Shown here: one piece after another, positions 12,881-25,329 of the stretch | How positions within the stretch are numbered: position 1 is the first letter of the stretch | Layout of the letters: every line of letters starts with the position of its first letter | Assembly: GCF_009834535.1 (NCBI RefSeq) | Contig: NC_045705.1 | Location: 67,890,001 to 67,954,000 of the forward strand | DNA from: Camelus ferus | Taxonomy: Eukaryota | DNA: 64,000 nucleotides | Direction: 5' to 3' | Program-made: the position numbers and the translations under genes | The notes under the pieces: generated by a model | The model's database searches: none | Told to the model about the DNA's origin: nothing | What the model saw: only the letters and a program-made list of their open reading frames with translations

Positions 12881-13964
12881 TGTCTGTCCACCAGTCAGTA
12901 ACCTCTGTGTTCATGGAGGAGCAGACCCTGCTTTTGTTTTTCGTGGAAATTACAGCCAGAACGAGGGGTTTGCCTTTGCCAATAAAAATTGTGTGTGTAT
13001 ATAAAACAAATTAATTATAAGAACTACTTGGTGTACGTGGGGAGGCTTGGGGAGGAAGAGACGGTGTGACACTCCAATTGTTGGGCGTCCAGCCCCAGCA
13101 GGGCTTCTGAGGGTTTGGACAAGTCGCTTTCTTTGCCTCAGGTCTTCAGTGTGTGTTTTTTTAAAGACCTTTTATAGGTCTAATTCCTAATCAGTTGCAC
13201 CGTCTCCCTCGTATGTAAATGCCCTTTATACCGAAAGCTGCCTGGAAGACAGTCCCCCCACTTGGGAGTAGTTGCTTCGGGAGCCTGTTCCGGGTGTCTG
13301 TGACAGAAGGGATACAGGCCTGTGGGTGCAGTTACGTGGCTGTCTGGAATGCGGGACTGTCTGCCTCAGGGGAGCCCACTCGCTCTTCTCCCTGCACAGA
13401 AACATCTGCCTCCCCCTACCTGTAGGACTAGGATCTGGAGGGACAAGTTGGGGGCAGTCAGTGGAAGGAGAGGGGCACCCTCGTGACCACTCATTTGCCT
13501 ACCTGCCCTTCCTCCAGCAGCACACATTCGGATGTGGCAGCCGCTGGTTCGGGCCTGGTGATAGCAGTAGCACAGGAGACACACGGGCAGCATGGGGCCG
13601 GGAGGGATCAACGTGCCTGGGTGAAGGAGTCGGAGTCCCGGCTCAGACAGGGCAGTGGGGAAGGCCTCTGAGCAGGCTGGCGTTTGGGCCGCTGTTGGGG
13701 CAGCGGGGATAAAGGTGAGTTTCCAGTGTGTCACGTTTGCTTTCTAAGAGTAGTTTGTAGCAAGGCTGAAGGTTAAGGTAGCTGTCTGGGACTTCCTGCA
13801 TGTAGTCTTAGCCACACGGTTCCCACCGCAGCCAGGTATCATGGTCCTTCGGCTTGACAGATGAGCACTATTGCACTTAAAAGATTTTTGTTGCCACAGA
13901 ATTTTATTTTTCACTGCTAATCAAGTATGGTCCAATCTCTGTGCCCACAGTGTGCTAAGGAGGC

Positions 13965-14135
13965 ACTTTGCACATAATCATTGCTTACTAATGCTGGTGG
14001 GGAGGAGTGTTGTCCCCCTTTCACAGGGGAGAAAACTCAACTGAGAGAGGTTAGGAACTTTACTTACGGTCACACAGCTTGTCCATGGTGAAGGCAGGAT
14101 GTGTACCCAGCTGTGTCTGGTTCCAGAACTCCAGG
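13965..14135 (+). mobile_element. MIR SINE fragment
   Basis: CCCCCTTTCACAGGGGAGAAAACTCAACTGAGAGAGGTTAGGAACTTTACTTACGGTCACACAGC...CCCAGCTGTGTCTGGTTCCAGAAC. Confidence 0.65.
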
Positions 14136-14854
14136 GCCGGTGTCCCTGGTGTATTGAGACACCATCGAGTGTGAGTAGGGCTCGTTGTGTGTGTAGCTGA
14201 CCTCGTGGTTCTGTTAGGTTAGCAGTACCAGAAGTATCCGGTTTGTGAGTTCTGAGTGCTGATTGAGAAGTGCTTGTGCTTCCCAGTTTCAGCTCTAAGC
14301 ATCCTTCCCCAAGTCTACTTTATAACCATTCTGGTAACACCGTCAAGAATATCGTATGTTTAGGTGGCTGTTTTGGCAGGAGGGTCCTGGGTATCCTGTC
14401 ACCACTTTGTTCGTATAGCGTCCCTGCCCCTCCTGCTCCCAGGTTCACCTGACGTCTGCTTCCCGGGAGCACATTTATTCATGTGCACGCCTTTGTTCTC
14501 AAAGTTGGTCCTTTTTACAAACTTTTCTTTTGTTTCCTTTTTTTTCCCTCCCTCAGTAGCAGAATCCTATTTTTCAAGTGAAATTTTATGTGGATTCCAA
14601 TCAGTGGAACAGATAAAAAGCTGCTTGGAAGGAGGGATGAGCGAGTAGCTCCTGAAGGCTGGGGGAGCAGCCGTGTAAAACCACCGACCAGTCCGTTCTG
14701 TGCTTCCGAGGGCCGAGGCAGGGAGGCCCTGCAGCACCGGCTTTGGCCGCCCTTGCCGAATGCCTCCGTGACCCAAGCTGTCTGTGTCCGCCTTCTGTTT
14801 TCTGCCCTGCGTTTCTGCTCTAAGTGCCTCAGGTGTCCGTCTCTCGCTCCGCAG

Positions 14855-14906
14855 GACTGACCAGCCAAGCGTGCCCGGCGACGCGGCGGTGAATGGCCCC
14901 GTATGA
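14855..14906 (+). CDS. PPP6R3: PPP6R3 last coding exon (TDQPSVPGDAAVNGPV*)
   Basis: CTCTCGCTCCGCAG acceptor; 52 nt to TGA at 14904-14906. The C-terminal VNGPV matches the recalled PPP6R3 end. Confidence 0.95.
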
Positions 14907-17075
14907 TGAGTGAGCTCCGCTGCTGCTGACCGAGGACCGCAGGCTGTCACCAATGGGGCTCCGGGGCCTCGTCTGCAGCCCGCCGGGCCGCCACGCTGCG
15001 CTCACTCNNNNNNNNNNNNNNNNNNNNNNNNNNNNNNNNNNNNNNNNNNNNNNNNNNNNNNNNNNNNNNNNNNNNNNNNNNNNNNNNNNNNNNNNNNNNN
15101 NNNNNNNNNNNNNNNNNNNNNNNNNNNNNNNNNNNNNNNNNNNNNNNNNNNNNNNNNNNNNNNNNNNNNNNNNNNNNNNNNNNNNNNNNNNNNNNNNNNN
15201 NNNNNNNNNNNNNNNNNNNNNNNNNNNNNNNNNNNNNNNNNNNNNNNNNNNNNNNNNNNNNNNNNNNNNNNNNNNNNNNNNNNNNNNNNNNNNNNNNNNN
15301 NNNNNNNNNTTCATACATTTTTTCACCTTGTACAAAATTCTGAATTCATTTTTCTTTCAGGTTGGCGAGGNNNNNNNNNNNNNNNNNNNNNNNNNNNNNN
15401 NNNNNNNNNNNNNNNNNNNNNNNNNNNNNNNNNNNNNNNNNNNNNNNNNNNNNNNNNNNNNNNNNNNNNNNNNNNNNNNNNNNNNNNNNNNNNNNNNNNN
15501 NNNNNNNNNNNNNNNNNNNNNNNNNNNNNNNNNNNNNNNNNNNNNNNNNNNCTACAACTTAGTTGATAAATTGATGTTATTGTAAAGCCATATGTTCTGT
15601 TGAAGTCTTGTTTGCTTGAAATGATTATTCCTACAGGTGAAACACTAGACTATTTGGAGTGTACATGGCTTGTGGTTTGGGTTTTTTGTTTTTTTTGTTT
15701 TTGTTTTTCGTTTTGTTTTGGTTGTCCATCTGCCTTTTAACCCATTCACCAAAATTTACCTTGTTAACAGGCATCACCAATGAACATTTCAGAGCGATCT
15801 GCATACTTAACACACCTAAAATCATATTAGGCAAGGCAGTTGAGAAATGCTCGTGCTGCTAATGGAGTTGGAGTGCGTCCATTCTACAGGCTAGTATTTC
15901 TAAACTAGAAATCAGCCCCCGGCACCTGAGCATGTTCGTTGTTTTACTGTTCCTTGTGAGGTTTTCACTCGTAAATCCTAAACCAGTGTATTTTTTTTTA
16001 GAGCTGGTTTGTGTACATATATAGTGATTATGGATACTAATTCAATGTAATTTATAATTTTCTATGTCAATATAAAAATACATCACAGCCTTCTCAAACA
16101 GCTGAAGCAATATATTGTATNNNNNNNNNNNNNNNNNNNNNNNNNNNNNNNNNNNNNNNNNNNNNNNNNNNNNNNNNNNNNNNNNNNNNNNNNNNNNNNN
16201 NNNNNNNNNNNNNNNNNNNNNNNNNNNNNNNNNNNNNNNNNNNNNNNNNNNNNNNNNNNNNNNNNNNNNNNNNNNNNNNNNNNNNNNNNNNNNNNNNNNN
16301 NNNNNNNNNNNNNNNNNNNNNNNNNNNNNNNNNNNNNNNNNNNNNNNNNNNNNNNNNNNNNNNNATGCCTTATCTCTCACTTACTTCCCCACTGTAAGCG
16401 GCGTAGACGCTCTCAGCGAGGCAGACCTAGCCCTCGAGTACCGTGGAGCCGGCAGCGCGCCCTGGGACACACGGCAGGGGCGCTGACCTTGGCCTCCGCG
16501 CGCCTCCTCAGGAACCCTTTCTGTCGTGAGCTCCTCTCAGAAGAGACTGTCTTCGAGCGTTCTCCCCGGATCCTCACGCTGCCGGAGGACAGGGCTCCCT
16601 GCGTTCGTCTCAAGGGTGCTGCCCGCATGTGGCCCGGGACCTCGGGGACTGCTGATGGCTGGTGCGCTCTCGTCTCGCCGGGCTGAGGGCTCTGGTGGCC
16701 AGCAGCTTGCTCCGGGGGCGCGCACACTGCCCCCGGCAGCTTGGATTCGGCTGCGTCTCCATCCTACCCAAGGTAAACCCAGTGTCTTGTCTCATCCCAC
16801 CCACTGCTGACAGAAGGGCATTTGGGGCTTTCCTTTGGGGTAGTGTTCTGCGTTGCTTGTCTTGCGGGGCGGGGAGAGGACGCGGGGTGGGCAGAACAAA
16901 GTCTGTTGGGGGTGGAGGGTGCCGGCCAGGGAGCGGGAGCGAACGCACTCTCATTGAATTTCGACTTTCATTTCTGTGGGTTGGCCATTCTGAACTGCAA
17001 GACTAACATGTCTACAATACAACACCTGTATTAAAAATAACAACCGCAAAAATAAAGCCTGATTCTTTGTTTCTA
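14907..17075 (+). other. PPP6R3: PPP6R3 3'UTR with AATAAA at 17051-17056; interrupted by three N gaps
   Basis: Repeat-free sequence after the stop codon ending in AATAAA plus a T-rich downstream tract. The length is consistent with a ~2-kb UTR; the exact cleavage site is inferred. Confidence 0.7.
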
Positions 17076-18309
17076 GAAATCTTCTCTTGTACCTTGATTG
17101 GGCTTTAGTAACCAGACCAGGGTGTGGGGGCTGGAATGAGTGTTTCATGGTTCAGGCTTCCCGACCCCCGCTCTCCCCACTCCCCTGCTCCGGGCCCGAG
17201 TCTGGGCCCGCGCGATCAAGGCTGAGCCGCCGCGTCCAGCCTGCCGTCTGCAGGGGGGGGGGGCTCAGCGAGCCCATGTCTCCGTAGTGTATCTGTCCTC
17301 GGCTGTGTTGTCTTCCCCGTCTGTAACACCGCCCCAGCCCGGGTTTTTTGGCTTCCAACCCTGCCGATACCTTTGGTGGTGACCCTTCTCAGGCGGTCCA
17401 TAAATGTCCAGAGCGTGGTGCTGTGTCACAGCTGCTCGTTCTCCATCCTCCTGTCTGTCTGCATAAACAATGGGTCCCCGGTGGTCATCCCAGCACCTCC
17501 GTGCTCATCTGTGCATACACCTCTAGACACTGGGCATGGCGGTCAGGGATGTGGGCTCCAGGGCCTGGGGCCAGTGCTGGCTCACAGGCCACCCCACCCA
17601 TGCAGGACAGCGACTTCCCCCTTTGTCTCAGCTGCTTTCTCCATCAGGTGGAGAGAACGACAGCAAGTCCGTGGACTTAGTGCAGGTAGAAGCTCTTGAC
17701 TCCCTTCTCAGCCCCCCAGTGTCACCTGCTGGTGTCTCTAAATCCTGGCTTCGAGGCTGCAGTTGTGTTCACAGTTGTACCTACTGGAAACTCAAGCGCC
17801 TTCACTCCATGGGGGTTTAACAGTTTCTGCTTTGGGGTCAACTCCATCCCATGTGCCAGCTCTGGCCTGCCACCTGAGTTTGCAGGTGGCTTCACGGGGA
17901 CAGAGCTACGTCCATCCGTTTGTACATTGTCTGCTGCTCTTACACCATGGTGACAGAGGCCAGGAGTGGCATTGTTTGGATTGTTCCATGGCCGCTGTTC
18001 ATTCTTCCCTTTGATTTCGTTTCTTCTCTCTGGGTCCCGTCCCTGTCCTTGCTGACGCCTTTACAGCTGCCCGATCTCAGCGTTCAGCGCGTGCTGGCTT
18101 CCTTTGCCCTGCCGTCTGCACAGTCAGCATTACTTCCTGGCATGACACGCAGACGGCGTGGTCAGTGTGGCCTTTGCGTGTGTCACCCTTAGTAGGTTCT
18201 GCATACTTTAAAAGCAAGGGCCACACCGCTGACAGTGTCTGATGCTGCCTTACTTAAGGCGCTGGGTATTTTTGTTTCTCCTGTACAGTCCTCTACTTCG
18301 TAACCTGAA

Positions 18310-18545
18310 ACTGCGTTCTTGTTACATGCCAGGCACCGTTCTACCTTTTCTTCGCAGCAGGTTTATGAGACAGATGGCTATCCCCATTGTACACGTGCGT
18401 AAGGGGGACACAGAAGTAAGGCGTTCCGTCTGAGGATGCCCAGCCAGCAAGTGACGGAGCTGTGACAATTAAGTGTAACACATCTAAATATGTAACAGAA
18501 CAGTGCTCGACTATGTAAATACTCAATTAATCTTAGCTGTTACTA
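18310..18545 (+). mobile_element. MIR SINE
   Basis: TACATGCCAGGCACCGTTCTA...CCCCATTGTACACGTGCGTAAGGGGGACACAGAAGTAAGG...GTGCTCGACTATGTAAATACTCAATTAATCTTAGCTGTTACTATT. Confidence 0.6.
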
Positions 18546-18799
18546 TTAGGGTGCATGCCCAATCAAATCTGGTATTTTTTTCCTCAAGAGTTTGACAACT
18601 TGATATTAAAGTGGAACAGTGAGTAGAGACTCAGTGTTTGATAGCCAGTAGGACCATAAAAATGTTACGGGCAGAGCAGTAGACAAAGACCGAGAGTGTA
18701 CAAAACTGTCAAAACAGACCGATACACATGAGAGTTATAGCGGGTAAGCTTACAGGAGCGGGGACTTCTGAGTGACTGGTGGGGACGCCCCTACTTGAT

Positions 18800-18928
18800 A
18801 CTGGACCCGACCCCCTGGCTGCTGTCATGATACGTTGGCAGAGTTGAGTAATTGCAACAGAGGCCATGTGGCCTGCAAACCCCAAAATCTTTACTCTCTG
18901 GCCCTTACAGAAAAAGTGCCAACCTCTG
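18800..18928 (-). mobile_element. MER58A-like hAT DNA transposon fossil
   Basis: GGCAGAGTTGAGTAATTGCAACAGAGGCCATGTGGCCTGCAAACCCCAAAATCTTTACTCTCTGGCCCTTACAGAAAAAGTGCCAACCTCTG is the reverse of the MER58A left end. Confidence 0.7.
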
Positions 18929-18929
18929 A

Positions 18930-20000
18930 AATAGATCGATGAAATGGAATAGAATCCAAAAGTGGACCCACAGGTACAGTCAGTTGATTTTCAGCAACAT
19001 TACTAAGCAGTCACATGGGAAAGGAGAGTCTTTCCAACCAGTAACTGGATATCTGTTGGGAAAGAAAGAAGCCTTGACTCCTACGAAACACCATATACGA
19101 AAGTGAATCCAAAATAGACGGTAGGTCTAAACATGCACATCGAGACAAGCTTCTAGAAAAAAAAACAAAAATGTCTGATCAGCTTTGGAACAGGCAAAGA
19201 TTTCCTAGAATACAAAGCACAAATCACAAGAGAAAAGAAATTAAGCTTCCACCAAAAGTAAATTTTTTCTCCTCTTCAGAACGAACAGGTAGACCATGGG
19301 CTGCCAGGAGATAAGTAATCTGTGTCCTGACAGAGGGCTCGTAACTAGAAGATGGACAAATGCAAATGAGAAGAGATGAAAAGCCCAGTTTAACAAAAGG
19401 ACAAGAGGCTTGAACAGACCATCAGAGAGAAGGTGCATGAGTGGCCAGTAAGACCTGAGAAGCTGCTTAAAGTCATTAGTCACTAGGGAATGCAAATGAC
19501 AACAAGCTGCCATTTCCCATTAAGACCAACAATATGTCAAATACTGCTGAGAATGTGGAGCCACCAGAACTCAACCTAGTCCACAAAGCACATACCAGGG
19601 TGTTTATTGCCACTGTTCATACAAACAAAAGATCAAAAACATGTCCACCAACAGAAAAATGGGGGAGCAGATGGTGGCATGCTAATGCCCTGGAGTATCA
19701 CCCAGCTGAAGACAGGCGTGAGCTGTCATAAATGCCACGTATTGTGTGAATCTCAAAAACGCATTAAGCGAAAGGAGCAAGACACAGCAGAGTACGTACT
19801 GTGTGTCTGCACAAAACTTTACAACTAGCCAGACTGATTTACGGGGCTGAAAATCAGGATGTTGCTCCTGAAGGGGGAGAGGAAGGGTTAGTTGGAAAAT
19901 GGAAATCTGCATCTGATCTATGATCTTGGTTACGTAAGTGTGGATATTTGTCAAAACTCACTGAACTCTGCACTTCAAACCTATGCATTTTATTATACTT
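18930..20000 (+). mobile_element. Old L1 3' region fragments
   Basis: Degenerate L1 ORF2 C-terminal and 3'UTR motifs (GGAACAGGCAAAGATTTCCTAG; CATTAGTCACTAGGGAATGCAAAT). Confidence 0.7.
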
Positions 20001-20249
20001 TTTTTTTTTTTAAGATAAAGGAGAAGAACAGTCACACTGGGGAGAACACATGCCCGTGTCACACAGGTAGTCAGGCTCTCCCCAGCAGAAGAGAGGCCCG
20101 CTGCTGATGGGTCTGCGAGCAGGGCCTTGGGCTTGCCTGGTTTCGTGTTTTCTGTAATCCGTTTGGATTGCCCTTTCCGTACAACAGGCTTTTTGTCCTT
20201 GTGAGGGGAGAGGTCTGGTGCGCCCTGTGACCAGGTGTCAAGTATTAGG

Positions 20250-21165
20250 AAACATCCAAACCGTGTCCTTCAGGAAAGGTTCATTACACACAGGTGGCCA
20301 ACAGGCATGTGAAAAGATGCTCAGTATCACTGATTATCAGAGAACTGCAAATCAGAGCTACGGTATCACCTCACACTGGCCATCATTAAAAAGTCCACAA
20401 AAAGGAGAGGGTGTGGAGAGAAGGGAACCCTCCTACAGTGTTGGACGAAATGTAATTTGGTGCAGCCACCACAGAAAACAGTGTAGAATTTCCTTAAAAA
20501 ACTTAAAACTTAAAAACTAAAAATTGCTTAGAGTTACCATATGATCCAGCAATCCCACTCCTGGGCATATATCCAGAAAATACAAAGACTCTAATTCAAA
20601 AAGACACATGCACCCCAATGTTCACAGCAGCACTATTCACAGTAGCCAAGACATGGAAGCAACTTAAGTGTCCCTTGACAGATGACTGGATAAAGAAGCT
20701 GTTGGGGGGGGATGTACACATAAACATACATATATGTGTATACACTATGAAATATTATTCAGCCATAAAAAATGAAATAATGACATTTGTAGCAACATGG
20801 ATGGACCAAGGGATGATCATACCAAGTGAAGTAAGCCAGACAGACAAAAGACAGACATGTATCACTTATATGTGGAATCTTTAAAAAAAAAAAAAACAGA
20901 CTTATTTATAAACAGACTCACAGACATAGAAAACAAACTGATGGTTACCAAAGGGGAAAGAGGAAAGGAAGGGATAAATCAGAAATATGGGATTAACAGA
21001 CACACACCACTGTATATAAAATAGGTAAACAACAAGGCTTCACTGTGTAGTGCAGGGAACTGTATTCAGTATCCTGCAATAACCTGTAATGAAAAAGAAT
21101 CTGAAGCTGTCTGCCTGAAACTAAAACAGTATTGTAGATCAACTTGAGTTAAATTTAAAAACCAG
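20250..21165 (+). mobile_element. Younger L1 3' end (cetartiodactyl-type 3'UTR)
   Basis: GAGTTACCATATGATCCAGCAATCCCACTCCTGGGCATATATCCAG...TTCACAGCAGCACTATTCACAGTAGCCAAGACATGGAAGCAAC...AACAAGGCTTCACTGTGTAGTGCAGGGAACTGTATTCAGTATC; ORF 20618..20884 is its remnant. Confidence 0.9.
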
Positions 21166-21456
21166 CTAAAAAAATGGTTCACCAATAAAATTAGTGTTTT
21201 GAATCCATTTGTTTGCTGTGTCTTATTTCCCAGAGAGGTGCTTTTAGAAGGTTAGGAGGGGGCCCTGTACATTGCCTTCTCGGAGACTCCAGCCAGCCTC
21301 CTCCCAGGAAGAAGCATGAAGGGGCAGGTTGAGGGAGGGCCTGAGGTGGGAGCAGAACTGTCCAGGGAGGCCGCAGCCTCCCTCAGGCACAGCCACGCCC
21401 ACTGTTAAGTCCAGTGGTTTAAGAGGATGGACCGTTGAGTAATATTAGGGGTGACT

Positions 21457-21581
21457 GGCGGGGAGGAGGGTAGAGCTTGGGGGTAGAGCGTGTACTTGGC
21501 ATGCACGGGGTCCTGGGGTCGATCCCCAGCACCTCTGTTAAATAAACCTAATTACCTCTACCTCCTCCCAAACAGATAAAA
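21457..21581 (+). mobile_element. tRNA-Ala-derived camelid-type SINE (vic-1-like)
   Basis: GGGAGGAGGGTAGAGCTTGGGGGTAGAGCGTGTACTTGGCATGCACGGGGTCCTGGGGTCGATCCCCAGCACCTC plus tail; diverged 16-bp TSD AATATTAGGGGTGACT (21441) / AATAGTAAGGGTGATT (21582). Confidence 0.85.
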
Positions 21582-21949
21582 AATAGTAAGGGTGATTGTT
21601 GGCCTCAGGCTTTTCTGTGGAATCTCAGTGCAAGAGTTAGCACTCTTGGCCTCTCTCTACCTCATCTCTCAACTCGTAGGCGACGTCACAATGATTTATC
21701 TGATTAATTTGGAGAGGGTCTGCGTTTGTGTTCAATGCCTTCTGCACTCTTTCTTGCATTTGCTGGTCTACCGAGGAGTATGTTCTGGTCTGTACCTATC
21801 TGCAGTCTGCCTGGCCCGCTGGACGGGGCCCGCGGTTGTCCAGCTCTGCCGGTGGTTAGGTATGCCCTCGTCTAAATCAGGAGTGAGGCGTTAGCAAGCC
21901 CGTTTGGCCACACATCTCAGCTTAGACTTTCTAACTAGGTTTTCTCCAC

Positions 21950-24900
21950 ATGTCTCCCAAGTGTTAATTCTCATTTATTTCTGAACTTGAGCTATTGATT
22001 GCCCTAATCCACTCCCACCGCACCCCCCACCGACAAAGAAATAAGAAAGGATGTAAGTTGCTACCCTAAATCTGGATTTTCTTTCAAAGGCGTGGTCAGA
22101 CTGGAGTTCAAAATAAAACCCAGCAATTTGTTGTTTGTAAGAAAGTCATAAAAACGAGAAAGGCTGAAAATAAATGAAGAGAAAAATAAGAAAGCAAACA
22201 AAAAGAAAGCATGACAGTATCAGACAAAGCAGAATTTACAGTTAGACACTGTGCAGGGTTAAGAGACTGTGCATCAGACTAAAAGTTATAGCAGCCAAAT
22301 ATAATTACAAAAGCAAGGAAAGGGACTTATGTTTCCAGCTCTGAGTGGTTTTATCAGATTATCCTGCCAACAGCATCATCAAGTTTTAAGAGCAACTGTT
22401 TGAAGGCGCTGGAGAGCTTGCAAGGCTGTAAGTACTCAAAGGAGAAATGCATTGAAATAAACCTGATAATCAATGCCACCTTTCCCCTTGTGGCTTTTTG
22501 CTAATTAAGTAAGATGAGGCCCAGCAGAAAGCAGAGGCTCAGAGCTTTCAGCAACCTTATAGGGCTGGGAAGACTTGGGAGTAACCAAGGCTAACGGGAC
22601 AAGACCCTGGAGGAAAGCGGATTATAAAGAAGTGAGCCTGGCGTTCACTGCTCGTCCTCTTAAGTAAGGCCTTTGATGAGTCCTAAGCTGTGTAGAGAGA
22701 GATGCCAAAAAGCCAAGGAGGAAACAGCAGAGGCCAAGGAGAGTCTAGATATGTTCGTTTTGGGGAGGCAGAAGTTGGCGTTCAGGGACTCCCAGGGAGA
22801 AGGGACTCCGGTCCCTGTCAAAACCACTGAAGGCCCGCACCCTAGGAGTGAGACATCAGAGAAAGACCAGCCCTACACGCCGGAAGAAACAGGTCCCGCT
22901 CAAGGAAAACTGTGCCCCCCAAAGCTGCTTCTATTTTTCATATACAGCGTGGGCATTCAATGAACATTTCTGAGACGTGTCAGGAGACAAAGCTGCCAAC
23001 TGACTGAAAACTGAAATTGATGAGTTGATCCAGATACTAGAGATTTTAGATTTTAAAATCGGATTAATACACTCGACAATAGATGAACAATTGGAGAATT
23101 TTTACCAAAGAACTGGAATCTATTACAAAAAAAAAGTTCAAATGAAAATTCTAAAACTGAAATATACAGTAATTGGAATTAAGACCCTAATAAATGAATT
23201 TTAAGGCAGATTGGACAAAACAGAAGATAAGATTTGTGAACTTATTATTGTGAACTTATTGTGATAGGTTTGTAGAAAACATTCAGACAAATAGAAGAGG
23301 AAACAGATGGAAAATACAGAACAGCAGCTGAAAGATTCATAGGTTACAGTGAAAATACAGCACGTGTATTTGGTGTCCCGGAAAGGTGAGGAGAAAATGT
23401 GGTTGAAGAGACACCAAGAATTTTCCAAAACTAACCAGTAAACATTACAGATTGAAGAAATTCTGCTTATGCCCAAGGAGAATAAACTCAAAAAGAACCA
23501 CAGCTAGCAGTGTCACAGTAAGGCTACCAGAACGAAAGAGAAAATCTAAAAGCACTTGAGAAAAAGGCATGTCTTTCATAGACATGCTATTTTCAGTAGA
23601 AATGATGAAAGCCGGAAGACATGGAATGACATTTTATACACCAAAAGGAAAACGTGCCAGCCTAGAATTCCGTAATTAGCAAATTATCCTCCAAAGTGAA
23701 AGCAAAATTTAAGATATTTTCAGACAAACAACAGATTTCAACACCAGCAGAGCTGCACTCAAAGGAGTTTTCCAGACAGAATGAAACCCTCCTGGATGGA
23801 AGCCTAGTGATGCAGCAAGAATTGAGAGTCCCAGAAAAGGAAATAAACTGTAAAAAGAGATGAACATGAACATGTGTCCTGTGGGGCTGAAAATACACTT
23901 GAATTAAGATAGTGCTGGGAAAGCTGGAATCTACACGCAAAAGAATGACATTGGACTCTTATACCATGCACAAAGATCAAGTCAAAAGTAAGATTTAAGT
24001 ATAAGATCTGAAACTGTGGAAGTCCTAGATGAAACACAGGGGGAATGTTTCCTGACATTAGTCTTGCTTGGCAATAATTTCATAAAAATGACACCAAAAG
24101 CACAGGCAGCAAAAGCAGTAACAAGCGAGACTACATCAAGCTAAAAAGCTCCTGCCGAGCAAACGAGACAACAAGGTGACAAGCATCCTATGAGTGGGCG
24201 TAAATGTTTGTAAACCATGTATGTGGCAAGGGGCTAATCTACAAAATATATAAGGAACTCCCACAATGCAATAGTTTTTTTAAAAAATTAGTAACATGGT
24301 TAAGAAATAGGCTAAGGACTTGAGTAGACATTTCTCCAAAGAAGACACACCAATGGCCAACAGGTATATGAAAAATGAGCCTCATTAATCATCAGGGAAA
24401 TGCCAGTTAAAACCCCAGTGAGTTATCACCTCATGCTGTCAGGACGGCTGTTATAAAACAAACAAAATCAAAAGACACGTGTCGGTGAGGATGTGGAGAA
24501 ACGGAAACCTCTGCACATTTGCTGGGAATGCATTAGTGTGCAGCCACTGTGGCAAACAGTGTGCTGGTTCCTCAAAAAATTAAAGAAAAGGAAAAAAAGA
24601 ACTGTTACATGATCCAGCAATTCCACTTCTGGGTATTTATCCAAAAAAAAAAAATTGAAATTGGGTTCTTGAAGAGATTAGCACACCCATACTCACCGCA
24701 GCATTATTCACAATGGCCAGGATGTGGAAATCACTTAAATGTCCATTGATAGACAAATGGATAAAGAAAATATGGTGTATATATTAAATGGAATACTATT
24801 TGGCCTTAAAAAAAAAAGGAATTCTGCTATATGCAACAGCATGGGTGAACCTTGAGGACATTATGCTGAATGAAATAAGCCAGTGACAGAAAGACAAACA

Positions 24901-25080
24901 TTGCATGGCTCTGCACACGTGAGGTATCTGAAACAGTCAAATTCACAGAATCAAAGAATGGAGTGGTCGTACCTGTGGTCCTGTAGTCACCCATAATGTA
25001 TACTTAAAATTTTTTTAAGAAGGTAGATTTCATGTTAAGTGTTCTTACTACAATTCAAAAATAATTTTTAAACGAATAAG
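21950..25080 (+). mobile_element. L1 fragment cluster (endonuclease piece, 5'UTR/ORF1 remnant, ORF2 3' end and 3'UTR)
   Basis: ORF1-like A-rich tract at 23.0-23.8 kb (CAGCCTAGAATTCCGTAATTAGCAAATTATCC); ORF2 C-terminal motifs at 24.0-24.9 kb (ATGATCCAGCAATTCCACTTCTGGGTATTTATCC). Confidence 0.85.
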
Positions 25081-25329
25081 CAAATGTCCAGTTTCACTAG
25101 TGAACTAAAGGACTTCAAAAAAAAAAAAAAAGATGTTTGTCTACAGCACAAAAGGTAGAAGGAGGTAAAACAGTTTACCTTTGAAGGTCCTGGCATCATC
25201 TAGTTGGTGTTGAAAATACTAGTGACCTTCTAACAAGGACGCGTGCTGCCGTCTCTGGGGTCACCACTGAAAGAATATGTAACTAGAAGTGAATAGAAGG
25301 GTGAAATAGAGTTATGCTTGATTGCAGCA

